Shown: in pieces, positions 39,401 to 46,202 of the stretch
Numbering within the stretch: position 1 is the first letter of the stretch
Layout of the letters: every line of letters begins with the position of its first letter
Source of the DNA: Candidatus Omnitrophota bacterium
GTDB lineage: Bacteria > Omnitrophota > Gorgyraeia > M55B152
DNA length: 52,505 bases
Reading direction: 5' to 3'
Assembly (NCBI GenBank): GCA_018399975.1
Contig: JAGYNU010000002.1
Span: 1 to 52,505 of the forward strand
The notes under the pieces: model-generated
The model's database searches: none
What the model saw: only the letters and a program-made list of their open reading frames with translations
Told to the model about the DNA's origin: nothing
Made by a program: the position numbers and the translations under genes

Positions 39401-41194
39401 CTGTCTGGGAGAAACATCTATATAATCTATTTCTTTAGGAGATACACTAATAACATCCTGTTTATACCTACATTTTACTTGTTTATCCAAAAATTTTCCC
39501 TTATTATCTAACCTTGCATTGGCTTGAGCTATAATTTTGTTATCTTCTATATCAGCAGTTAAATACTCAACCTTTTTTGTAACTATACCTTTTTCAACCT
39601 TTCTATAAGGAGATTCCAAAAAACCCAATCTGTTAACTTTAGAAAATGTAGTTAAAGTTGTAATTAAACCAATATTAGGGCCTTCTGGAGTTTCAATAGG
39701 ACAAATCCTTCCATAATGCGAATGGTGAACATCACGGACTTCAAAACCAGCTCTTTCTCGGCTTAACCCCCCTGGGCCTAATGCACTAAGTCTACGTTTA
39801 TGTGTAGTCTCAGCTAAAGGATTAGTCTGATCCATAAATTGTGACAATCTACCTCTACCAAAAAAATCTCTAATTACCGATGATACTAACTTTGTATTAA
39901 CCAAGTTTTGAGGCATCATAGTCTCAGTATCATATATATTCATTCTCTCCCTAGCAGAACGAGCTACTCTCGCTAAACCTACCTGTATTTGATTAGCTAA
40001 AAGTTCGCCAACTGTCCTTATTCTCCTATTACCTAAATGGTCAATATCATCTACTTCTCCCTCTCCTCTTCTTAAATTCAAAAGATATTTTACAGCTTCA
40101 ATTATTACTTTTTTATCTAATTCTCTTTTATCATCAGAAAAATTTGTATTAAATTTTCGATTAATAATAAACCATCCAACTTTGCTCATATCATACCTTT
40201 TGGAGTCAAAAAACATTCTATTTAACAAAGATTTGGCATTTTCTTCAGTAGGAGGGTCTCCTGGGCGAAGCTTTCTATACAATGCCAACAAGGCTTCTGT
40301 TTGATTTTTGGTATTATCTTTCTCAAAGGAATTTCTAATTTCAACAAAATCATTACTAACTAATTTTATTTGCTTAACTTTTACATTTTTTAACTTGTTT
40401 CTAATCAACTTATTGGTAATTTTAGTTAATGCCGGAACAACTATCTTCTCCTTCTTTTCACCATTTTTATCCTCTAATATTGTTTCTTTAATAGGTTCTG
40501 CAAGCACTTTATCTAAATATTTTTTCCATTGTGAACTCCTCTTTATACTTACATTTTCTATTCCGCATATCTCTTTTAAAATATCTTGATCAGTCGAATA
40601 CCCAAGAGCACGCAAAAATGTAGTAAAAACAAATTTACGCCTTCTATCAATATAAACATTTAATCTATTTGATTTATCAAATTCAAATTCTATCCATCCG
40701 CCTCTATAAGGTATAATACGAGCAGAAAATATACTTTTCCCTCTAATTCTAGTTGTTTCACCAAATGACACTCCAGGAGATCTATGTAATTGATTAACAA
40801 CGACTCTATCATCGCCATTTATAATAAAATTACCTTCTTCGGTCATTAATGGCAAATCTCCAAAATAAACTTCTTGTTCTTTAATTTCTTTATCAGAACG
40901 TAATCTTATTTTTGCTTTTAAAGCACCTGCATAAGAAAAACTTCTTTCCCTAGCTTCTTCTTCACTATATTTAGACCTATCTATAGTGTAACTAATAAAT
41001 TCTAAAATATATTTACCATCAAAACTCTCTATGGGAAAAATATATTCAAAAATAGCCTGTAAACTTTTATTTTCCCTTTTCGTTTTAGGAACATCAAACT
41101 GTAAAAAATCCTCATATGACTCCACCTGAGTTGCAACTAAATTTGGCAAGCTAAAAACTTCTTTTGTTTTACCAAAATTTAGTCTTGTAATCAT
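33437..41194 (-). CDS. rpoBC: Fused DNA-directed RNA polymerase beta-beta' subunit (2585 aa)
   Basis: One uninterrupted 7758-nt ORF. Residues 1 to ~1234 carry beta motifs ([27 protein letters not shown]). Residues from ~1247 carry beta' motifs (zinc [14 protein letters not shown], catalytic [12 protein letters not shown]). The linker [12 protein letters not shown] is encoded at ~37455-37495. AAGGAGAGG SD precedes ATG 41194. Confidence 0.9.
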   Translation of the reverse strand: MITRLNFGKTKEVFSLPNLVATQVESYEDFLQFDVPKTKRENKSLQAIFEYIFPIESFDGKYILEFISYTIDRSKYSEEEARERSFSYAGALKAKIRLRSDKEIKEQEVYFGDLPLMTEEGNFIINGDDRVVVNQLHRSPGVSFGETTRIRGKSIFSARIIPYRGGWIEFEFDKSNRLNVYIDRRRKFVFTTFLRALGYSTDQDILKEICGIENVSIKRSSQWKKYLDKVLAEPIKETILEDKNGEKKEKIVVPALTKITNKLIRNKLKNVKVKQIKLVSNDFVEIRNSFEKDNTKNQTEALLALYRKLRPGDPPTEENAKSLLNRMFFDSKRYDMSKVGWFIINRKFNTNFSDDKRELDKKVIIEAVKYLLNLRRGEGEVDDIDHLGNRRIRTVGELLANQIQVGLARVARSARERMNIYDTETMMPQNLVNTKLVSSVIRDFFGRGRLSQFMDQTNPLAETTHKRRLSALGPGGLSRERAGFEVRDVHHSHYGRICPIETPEGPNIGLITTLTTFSKVNRLGFLESPYRKVEKGIVTKKVEYLTADIEDNKIIAQANARLDNKGKFLDKQVKCRYKQDVISVSPKEIDYIDVSPRQIVSVDASLIPFLEHDDTNRALMGANMQRQAVPLLFPEPPLVGTGMEEKVGRDSGALIIAKNSGNVNYIDGSTITVGSTDYKLKKFKRSNANTCINQRSVTSIGAKVKKGDILADGPATKEGEIALGKNVLVAFMSWHGHNFEDAILVSSRLVKDDVYTSVHIEEFEIEARDTRLGAEEITRDIPNVGEEALKDLHEDGIIRVGAKVESGDVLVGKITPKVETELTPEEKLLRAIFGEKAGDIRDASLKVPSGVEGIVIDTKVFSRKEPARTKSQRSKERARIKEIEEEYQGKIDDILKGKISRVGEIIEGHTLAADLLDINTGKPIIEKGKKITKTDIKKLVNCDVDEIELKNDDINEEIEKVLRLFNDQIDDLTYEQERQIDKVKKADELPPGVIKRVVVYIASKRKLSVGDKMAGRHGNKGVVARILPEEDMPFLPDGTPVDMVLNPLGVPSRMNIGQVLETHLGWAAEILNKYVATPVFGGINEEEIKELLRKAGLPEDGRIILYDGLTGQPFDQKITVGYMYVLKLIHLADEKIHARSIGPYSLVTQQPLGGRAQYGGQRFGEMEVWALEAYGAAYMLQELLTVKSDDVKGRTRIYENIVKGDCSLQTGTPESFNVLIKELMGLALDIRTEQDFDKDSISKDGDFNSIRINIASSDVIRSWSHGEVTKPETINYRTLKTEKGGLFCERIFGPTKDWECYCGKYKRIKNKGIICDRCGVEVTTSDVRRKRMGHIELASPVSHIWFFKTMPSRMGALLGMSMRQLERVIYYEEYCVIDPGDSPFKTGDLLSENKYREAKAKYSKSFTAKMGAEAIRELLGNLDLNELATDLHSKAKRKRGKQVRKKVLKRLRIVESFKKSGNEPSWMVMDVIPVIPPDLRPLVPLDGGRFATSDLNDLYRRVINRNNRLKKLMELNAPEIIIRNEKRMLQEAVDALFDNGRHGRPVMGAGNRPLKSLSEMLKGKQGRFRQNLLGKRVDYSGRSVIVIGPELQLHQCGLPKRIALELFEPFIIKELKKRGHVHTIKSARKMVERTEVEVWDILDEVIKGHPVLLNRAPTLHRLGIQAFQPILVEGKAIKVHPLVCTPFNADFDGDQMAVHVPLSAEAKMEARLMMLSSNNIFSPAHGGPIVSPTQDIVLGLYYLTKMRKGVKGEGKMFSNTAEVISAYEDGAVHMHASIKVRINSELIETTVGKVLFNDILPKEMNFVNKLLNKSALSDVIKNCYEEFGYDAVVKLLDKVKEKGFKEATYSGASLSISDLVIPEDKEELVTEAYKKVGEVEKSYEQGIITAGERYNKIVDIWTHVTEQVSDSVFKHLDKFNPLFMMADSGARGSKQQIRQLVGMRGLMAKPSGEIIESPVISSFREGLTSLEYFISSHGGRKGLADTALKTADSGYLTRRLVDVAQDVIVTEEDCGTLNGIYVEAIVEGDEIVVSLKERIVGRVAADNIVDVVSDEVIVKSGEVITEKKANRIQELGIEKIKIRSVLTCEASRGVCSKCYGTSLSNGRLVEAGEAVGVIAAQSIGEPGTQLTMRTFHIGGTASRIVEQSFIESKHDGKIVFHGLRIVSVSKKKFIVLNRNSQISINDEEGIELERHVIPQGAFLNVKESDKVQKGDKFVEWDPYSSPILTEVEGKIEFEDIVDGKTSHREIDEATGITGQVIIEHSVDFHPQILILDKKNNVVAIYPLPAGAHIAVKENQKVKAGTILAKTPRKVTKTRDITGGLPRVAELFEARKPKNPAVISEIDGVVEFGSAKRGQRRVIIQSPSGMKKEYLVPHGKHLNVYKGDKVSSGDRLTDGPIVPDDILNIRGEKELQKYLLDQVQEVYRLQGVKINDKHIELIIKQMLRKVKIEDPGDTDFLPGQHIDKFCFKEENQKVRENKGKPASASPLLLGITKASLTTESFISAASFQETTRVLTDAAASGKTDNLYGLKENVIMGHLIPAGTGFRQNREIKVKKDVSSLIGEIEKQKDSNNEQEKETVNDK

Positions 41195-41210
41195 AATTAA
41201 TCCTCTCCTT

Positions 41211-41511
41211 TAATGAGACCATGATTTACACGACTATAAGGAGTGTAAATCATATGGTCGAATTAAATCCGCCAATGTTTGTGGCGGATATAGCCCACTA
41301 ATGAACACATGATTTAGAGAGTTCAAGCGAATCTAAATCATATGTGTGAATTGAATCCGCCGTAGCTTTAGCGTAGGCGGAAGTTCATAATTTACGGAAA
41401 TCCTGTCCGCCAATGTTTGTGACGAAAGCATATAACTTAGCGAATCCTTCGATTTTACTCAGGATAAACAAAGTGAAGCTAAGTTATATGACCGAATTTT
41501 ACCCGCCAAAG
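41211..41511. repeat. Four tandem leader hairpin modules (two full, one truncated, one long-loop) in the rplL-rpoBC spacer
   Basis: Module positions are 41211-41288, 41299-41381, 41385-41428 and 41429-41511. Each has a bulged hairpin with its own stem sequence plus a CCGCC-loop-GGCGG hairpin. Confidence 0.8.
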
Positions 41512-41712
41512 CTAAGCACGAAAAAAAGTAGATTAGCGTAGGCGAAAAACACTGAACCCTTTTAGGGTGAAGTGTCAAAAGATATATAAAACCAAAGATA
41601 CTTCGCTTTCCAAGCTCAGTATCCCTACCCGCCAATGTTTATGGCTGGAATCCCCACGTTTAGATTTCAAAAAAAAACTGTGTTTCTATGTTCTATGTCT
41701 GTTTTCTGTTTA

Positions 41713-41812
41713 CCCCATAGCATCCGAAGGATTGGTATAGGGTTATCTGCCATGAACCAGAGCAAAGCACGGTTCATGGTAACCCTAAACCGTACTACGT
41801 TCTGGTTTAGGG
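41713..41812. repeat. Cluster of three GC-rich hairpin modules
   Basis: 41713-41742 is a two-level hairpin, paralog 28311-28340. 41750-41779 is CCATGAACC/GGTTCATGG, paralog ~50192-50229. 41783-41812 is CCCTAAACC-GTACTACGTTCT-GGTTTAGGG, paralog 50229-50264. Confidence 0.8.
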
Positions 41813-41839
41813 CTGTTTTCTGTCTTCTGTTTACTTCGT

Positions 41840-42056
41840 AAACCACAGATTATCACAGATTTCTAAAACCACACAAGATTAGCACAGAAATTGAAACCTG
41901 CAGCCTGAAGTTTGCAGCATGTAGCTTGAAGCTTGCAGCTTGTTTCTTTTCGTCATTCGGATTTCGTCATTTGTCATTTGTTTTCTTTCTGTTTTCTGCC
42001 TGCCCCGTGAAATCTTATTTCTACGGGGTTATCTGTCTTCTGTCTTCTGAATAAAC
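41840..42056. repeat. Partial core, TGCAGC-type heptamers, TCGTCAT words, hairpin CCCCGT-N14-ACGGGG (42003-42028) and TCTGTCT units abutting the rplL stop
   Basis: Direct reading. The hairpin recurs as its exact reverse complement at 49998-50023. Confidence 0.85.
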
Positions 42057-42728
42057 TTACTTTAATTCTACTTTAGCACCTACGCTTTCAAGTTTAGATT
42101 TAACTTCTTCTGCTTCTTCTTTAGAAACTTGTTCTTTAATTGGTTTTGGTACAGATTCTACTAAATCTTTAGCTTCTTTAAGTCCTAAAGTAGTTATAGT
42201 TCTTATTTCTTTTATGACCTGAATCTTTTGCGAGCCCACCTCAGATAAAATTACATCAAAAATATCTTTTTCTTCTTCTTTTTCTGATTCAGCAACTCCT
42301 GTAGCACTTCCAGCGGCTGCCGGAGCTACTGCTGGGATAGCACTAACACCAAACTTTTTTTCTAATACTTTAACTAAATTGGAAAGTTCTATAACATTCA
42401 TTTTTTCAATAGAATTAACAATTTTTTCCATGTTTTCAGACATATCTATGTTTTCTTCTTCTACTTCTTGTTGAGTGTCATCTTTTTTCTCTTTTTCTGT
42501 GGTTTCAGCTTTTTTATCTTTTTTGGTATCAGATTCTTTTTTATCTGATTCTTTAATATTCTTATCCTCTTCTTTCTTACCTTTATCATCGATAGAGGAA
42601 TCTTTATCTTGTTTTTCGGTAGATTTCTTTGTTTTATCTGACACTTTTTCCTCTTTTTTCTTTTTTAGTTCTTTATCTTCGTTTTCTTTTGCTTTTTGCA
42701 CTTGTTTTGTTTCTTTTTCTTCAGCCAT
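42057..42728 (-). CDS. rplL: 50S ribosomal protein L7/L12 with ~95-aa Lys/Glu/Asp-rich N-terminal extension (223 aa)
   Basis: A canonical L12 sequence occupies the last ~128 aa ([29 protein letters not shown] ... [10 protein letters not shown] ... GAKVELK). A perfect AAAGGAGG SD precedes ATG 42728. No SD precedes the internal ATG 42443. Confidence 0.9.
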   Translation of the reverse strand: MAEEKETKQVQKAKENEDKELKKKKEEKVSDKTKKSTEKQDKDSSIDDKGKKEEDKNIKESDKKESDTKKDKKAETTEKEKKDDTQQEVEEENIDMSENMEKIVNSIEKMNVIELSNLVKVLEKKFGVSAIPAVAPAAAGSATGVAESEKEEEKDIFDVILSEVGSQKIQVIKEIRTITTLGLKEAKDLVESVPKPIKEQVSKEEAEEVKSKLESVGAKVELK

Positions 42729-42752
42729 AGTTTCCTCCTTTAATAGCGAAAA

Positions 42753-43292
42753 TTATTTCTTTTCTTCTTTTATTTTTTTTATTTGAGACAAAATATAGAC
42801 TATTTTTCTTAATTGAATATCCAAAACATATACGAATTTTACAATAGGAGAATTAAGTGTCCCAACTATTTTAGACAATAAGATTTCTTTAGAAGGCAAT
42901 TTTGATAATTCTTCTATTTTTTTAACAGAATATATTTCTGCATCCAACCTCCCACCTTTTATTTCAAAAGAAGGATATTCATCGATAAAATTAACCAATA
43001 ACTTTGCTACTCTTATAGAATCACCTTCTCCAAAAATTAAAGCAATTGGGCCATCTACAAAAGAAAGCAACGGTTGATATTTTTCACTTGAAAAAGCTCT
43101 TTTGCAAATAGAGTTTTTAACAACCATTAATGTGCTTTTATTATGACGCAATCTATTTCTTAACTCTTCTTGTTCTACCACTCCTAAGTTGCTAAAACTA
43201 ACTATAAACAAATCTTTTACATCTTGACATGTATCTATTAACTCTTCGGTCATCCATTGTTTGCTTTTTCTTCCAATATTCTCTACTGGCAT
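42753..43292 (-). CDS. rplJ: 50S ribosomal protein L10
   Basis: L10-like sequence; position between rplA and rplL. Confidence 0.9.
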   Translation of the reverse strand: MPVENIGRKSKQWMTEELIDTCQDVKDLFIVSFSNLGVVEQEELRNRLRHNKSTLMVVKNSICKRAFSSEKYQPLLSFVDGPIALIFGEGDSIRVAKLLVNFIDEYPSFEIKGGRLDAEIYSVKKIEELSKLPSKEILLSKIVGTLNSPIVKFVYVLDIQLRKIVYILSQIKKIKEEKK

Positions 43293-43303
43293 AAATCTTC
43301 CTT

Positions 43304-43987
43304 TTAGCTAAGTTTAATTCTTATTCCAGGGCCCATAGAACTTGTTAAAACTATCTTTTTAATAAAACCTGCTTTAATCGAAGCAGGTTTATTTAATTGT
43401 ACTGCAGAAATCATAGCTTTAGCATTTTCAACAATCTGATTTTTATCGAATGAAAGTTTTCCTATGGTCACATGTATATTCCCCCCCGAATCCATTTTAA
43501 ACTCAATTTTACCTTTTTTAAGCTGCTGGATAGCATCAGATAAATTATCAGTAAGTGTACCTGCTTTAGGATTTGGCATCATTCCTCGAGGTCCTAAAAT
43601 TTTTCCCAAGCTACTTATATCTTTCATCATAGAAGGAACAGATACTGCAATATCAAAATCTAACCAACCTTCCTGAATCTTTTTAATTAATTCTTCGCCA
43701 CCTGCATCTATTGCCCCGGCTTTTTTAGATTCTTCCACCAAGTTATCCTTACAAAACGCTATAATTCTTAGTTCTTTTCCAGTTCCATGCGGTAAAACTA
43801 CTGTGCCTCTTACAATCTGGTCAGACTTTTTGGGGTCGGCATTCAAATTAAAACTCAATTCCAAAGTCTCATCAAATTTACAAGAAGGGAATTGTTTTAA
43901 AATATTAACTGCTTCCTCTATGTCATATGCCTTTTCAAAATCTATATCTTTAATACCCTCTATATATCGTCTACTATGTTTTGTCAT
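43304..43987 (-). CDS. rplA: 50S ribosomal protein L1
   Basis: Sequence DPKKSDQIVRGTVVLPHGTGK. ATG 43987 is preceded directly by heptamer repeats with no SD. Confidence 0.95.
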   Translation of the reverse strand: MTKHSRRYIEGIKDIDFEKAYDIEEAVNILKQFPSCKFDETLELSFNLNADPKKSDQIVRGTVVLPHGTGKELRIIAFCKDNLVEESKKAGAIDAGGEELIKKIQEGWLDFDIAVSVPSMMKDISSLGKILGPRGMMPNPKAGTLTDNLSDAIQQLKKGKIEFKMDSGGNIHVTIGKLSFDKNQIVENAKAMISAVQLNKPASIKAGFIKKIVLTSSMGPGIRIKLS

Positions 43988-43990
43988 ATT

Positions 43991-44153
43991 ACTGGTTTCT
44001 GGTTACTGGTTTCTGGTTTCTGGTTACTGGTTTCTGGTTACTGGTTACTGGTTTCTGGTTACTGGTTACTGGTTACTGGTTTCTGATTTCTGGTTTCTGG
44101 TTACTGGTTACTGGTTTCTGGTTTCTGGTTTCTGATTTCTGGTTTCTGGTTTC
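43991..44153. repeat. Tandem heptamer array ACTGGTT/TCTGGTT/TCTGATT (~23 units)
   Basis: Direct reading. It fills the whole rplK-rplA spacer and encodes the last 26 codons and the stop codon of the rplK ORF. Confidence 0.95.
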
Positions 44154-44585
44154 TATTATTTCTACCCCCATACTTCTAGCAGTTCCTTTAACTGTTTTAA
44201 TAGCAGATTCTAAATCTACCGCGTTTAAATCTTCCATTTTTTCCTTTGCTATCTTTTCTACCTGATTTTTAGTTAAACTGGCAACTTTTTCTTTATTAGG
44301 AACTCCAGAAGCTTTTGCTATACCACATTCTTTTTTTATCAAAACAGGGGTAGGAGGATTCTTAACTACAAAAGAAAAACTCCTATCTGCATAAATTTCT
44401 AATACAACAGGTAAAGTTAAACCCGGCCTATCTTTAGTTTGTTCATTGAATTGTTTGCAAAAATCCATTATTTTTACACCATATTGGCCTAAAGCAGGAC
44501 CAACAGGCGGCGCAGGATTCGCTTGCCCCCCTGGACAATAGAGCTTAAGTTTAGCCATTATTTTCTTTTTTTTCTTTTTAGCCAT
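44073..44585 (-). CDS. rplK: 50S ribosomal protein L11 with 26-aa repeat-encoded C-terminal tail
   Basis: Motifs [14 protein letters not shown] and [12 protein letters not shown], then [25 protein letters not shown] read from the heptamer array. Confidence 0.93.
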   Translation of the reverse strand: MAKKKKKKIMAKLKLYCPGGQANPAPPVGPALGQYGVKIMDFCKQFNEQTKDRPGLTLPVVLEIYADRSFSFVVKNPPTPVLIKKECGIAKASGVPNKEKVASLTKNQVEKIAKEKMEDLNAVDLESAIKTVKGTARSMGVEIIETRNQKSETRNQKPVTSNQKPEIRNQ

Positions 44586-44692
44586 TTTATCTCACTCCGT
44601 TCGATAGAGTACAGATTACAGTTTACAGAAAACAGAATTCTATATTACACTAAATCCCAGGATTTTTTTATTTTTCTGTTATCTGTTATCTG

Positions 44693-45223
44693 TTAAATTT
44701 TTTCTACCTGCCAATATTCTAATTCCACAGGAGTAGACCTACCAAAAATCGATACAGAAACTCTTAATTTACCCTTTTCAGGTTCAATTTCTTCGATAGA
44801 ACCTGTAAAATTAGTAAATGGCCCATCTTTTATCCTAACTCCTTCTCCTGTTTCAAATTCTACTTTTGGGGTAGGTTTTTCTTTTTTCTCTTCTGTCTTT
44901 TTTAATATACCCTTAACTTCCTCTTCCTTTATTGAAACAGGACCTGCTCCATAGCCAACAAAACCTGTAACCCCAGGAATTCCTTTTATCAAATACCAAG
45001 TTTTCTCATCCATTTCTATGTTAACTAAAATATACCCTGGGAAAAATCTTCTTTCTGAAATTTTTTTCTCTCCATTTTTAACTTCAGATATTTTTTCTTT
45101 AGGAATAAAAACTTCCGAAATCTTATCTTCTATTTTATTTTGCTTAAATTTCTTTTCAATATGTGCTTTAACTTTTTCTTCTTGTCCTGTTAAAACATGT
45201 ATAATATACCATTTTTTTTCCAT
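44693..45223 (-). CDS. nusG: Transcription termination/antitermination factor NusG
   Basis: NGN domain WYIIHVLTGQEEKV and KOW GEGVRIKDGPFTNFTG. Its stop codon lies inside a TCTGTTA x3 array (44675-44695). Confidence 0.95.
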   Translation of the reverse strand: MEKKWYIIHVLTGQEEKVKAHIEKKFKQNKIEDKISEVFIPKEKISEVKNGEKKISERRFFPGYILVNIEMDEKTWYLIKGIPGVTGFVGYGAGPVSIKEEEVKGILKKTEEKKEKPTPKVEFETGEGVRIKDGPFTNFTGSIEEIEPEKGKLRVSVSIFGRSTPVELEYWQVEKI

Positions 45224-45261
45224 TAAAAAAGCCCCGTTATTTCACCTAAATTAAAGTGGAA

Positions 45262-45447
45262 TTATTTCAGCAAAAGGCCTATAAGCCTTGAAAAAAACAA
45301 ATCCACTAACCCTATATATACCGCCATTACAACTACAGTTACAATCACAACGATAGTTGAACCTACTAACTCATTTTTATTAGGCCAAGAAACTTTTTTA
45401 AGTTCTGCCTTAGTTTGCACCAAAAAAGTTTTAATTTTTGAAATCAT
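45262..45447 (-). CDS. secE: Preprotein translocase subunit SecE
   Basis: 61 aa. Contains ELKKVSWPNKNEL followed by a single TM. It sits upstream of nusG. Confidence 0.9.
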   Translation of the reverse strand: MISKIKTFLVQTKAELKKVSWPNKNELVGSTIVVIVTVVVMAVYIGLVDLFFSRLIGLLLK

Positions 45448-45466
45448 GACTATTTATATCTGACAG

Positions 45467-45541
45467 CAGGTGAGGCAGGACTTGAACCCGCAACCGTCGG
45501 ATTTGGAATCCGATGCTCTAGCCAAATTGAGCTACTCACCT
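45467..45541 (-). tRNA. trnW: tRNA-Trp (anticodon CCA)
   Basis: The reverse complement folds as a cloverleaf: acceptor AGGTGAG/CTCACCT, anticodon arm TCGGA-TTCCAAA-TCCGA, T-loop GGTTCAAGTCC. No encoded 3' CCA. Canonical position before secE. Confidence 0.9.
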
Positions 45542-45543
45542 TT

Positions 45544-45597
45544 TAATGAGTACATCATTTAGCAAATCTAAATAAAGCTAAATGATATGCACGAATT
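45544..45597. repeat. Leader hairpin module abutting the 5' end of tRNA-Trp
   Basis: TAATGAG, then stem GTACATCATTTAGC / GCTAAATGAT(AT)GCAC, then GAATT. It lacks the CCGCC hairpin. Confidence 0.75.
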
Positions 45598-45642
45598 TTA
45601 CTCACTACCTAATTTTCTTGATTTTTAGACAATTAAAAATAA

Positions 45643-45830
45643 AACCCCACGGGGCAAGCCCTGTGGTACCTTTATGTACCCGTCTTCGCCAAACACTTAT
45701 TGTGTTTGGCTTCGCCGAGGTTATCCGCCAACACATTTAGGTAGCTCTTTCATTTGGTAACATCTCGCCGAAGCATAACTTTCGCATTCATCCATGGGTA
45801 AACCCGTGGTTTTCTGCGAAGGCAGATAAA
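45643..45830. repeat. Multi-hairpin interspersed element, copy C (188 bp, internal 35-bp deletion)
   Basis: Collinear with copies A and B, but lacks the segment between the two CACGGGGCAAGCCC direct repeats. Confidence 0.9.
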
Positions 45831-45894
45831 ATTAGGTGCTAAGTTAATTAAACTAAAGACTTAAGTTTCTCACCATACTACCTAAATATAAGTT

Positions 45895-46050
45895 TTATTT
45901 AACTTTATCTTCCTTGTGTAATGTATGGCGTTTACAAAATTTACAATATTTCTTCAATTCAAGTTTACCTTTAGAAGTTGTTTTGTTTTTAGAAGAAAAA
46001 TAATTTCTGTTTTTACATTCTGTACATCTAAAACTGATTGCTATTCTCAT
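45895..46050 (-). CDS. rpmG: 50S ribosomal protein L33 (51 aa, zinc type)
   Basis: Hand translation gives [51 protein letters not shown]. It is too short for the ORF track. Canonical position between tuf and secE. Confidence 0.9.
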   Translation of the reverse strand: MRIAISFRCTECKNRNYFSSKNKTTSKGKLELKKYCKFCKRHTLHKEDKVK

Positions 46051-46074
46051 TTTATTAATATAAAACACTTTGAA

Positions 46075-46105
46075 AATGACCCGCTATTTAACTTAGCGGG
46101 TCATT
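46075..46105 (-). terminator. Candidate attenuator/terminator hairpin between tuf and rpmG
   Basis: Perfect 11-bp stem AATGACCCGCT / AGCGGGTCATT with a 9-nt loop. On the minus strand it is followed by TTCAAAGTGTTTTATATT. It lies 24 nt upstream of the rpmG start. Confidence 0.35.
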
Positions 46106-46159
46106 CTTAATCTACTATTACTAAATTAAAATTAAATTTTTTTAAATTATGTGGAATAG

Positions 46160-46202
46160 AACCCCACGGGTAAACCCGTGGTTTTCTGCGAAGGCGGATA
46201 AA
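46160..46202. repeat. Multi-hairpin interspersed element, mini copy D (43 bp)
   Basis: The left end AACCCCACGGG is joined directly to the right end TAAACCCGTGGTTTTCTGCGAAGGCGGATAAA. It abuts the tuf stop codon (46203) with zero spacing. Confidence 0.85.

Noticed and set aside
35769-40589. Plus-strand ORFs antisense to rpoBC (35769..35972, 35870..36052, 37482..37664, 38589..38921, 40308..40589), and similar antisense ORFs inside other genes.
   Set aside because: They are short, low-complexity shadows of a strongly conserved gene on the other strand. They have no start context and no recognisable motifs.
45548-45642. Possible dedicated promoter for tRNA-Trp-secE-nusG in the spacer upstream of tRNA-Trp.
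   Set aside because: Only poor hexamers were found (TTGTCT ... TAGTGA with 19-nt spacing). The evidence is insufficient.
46160-46202. The mini element (CCACGGG-TAAA-CCCGTGG followed by TTTTCT) as the tuf intrinsic terminator.
   Set aside because: The U-tract follows the stem on the plus strand, but tuf is transcribed on the minus strand. There the stem is followed by GGTTCTATTCC. It is therefore not a canonical terminator for tuf.
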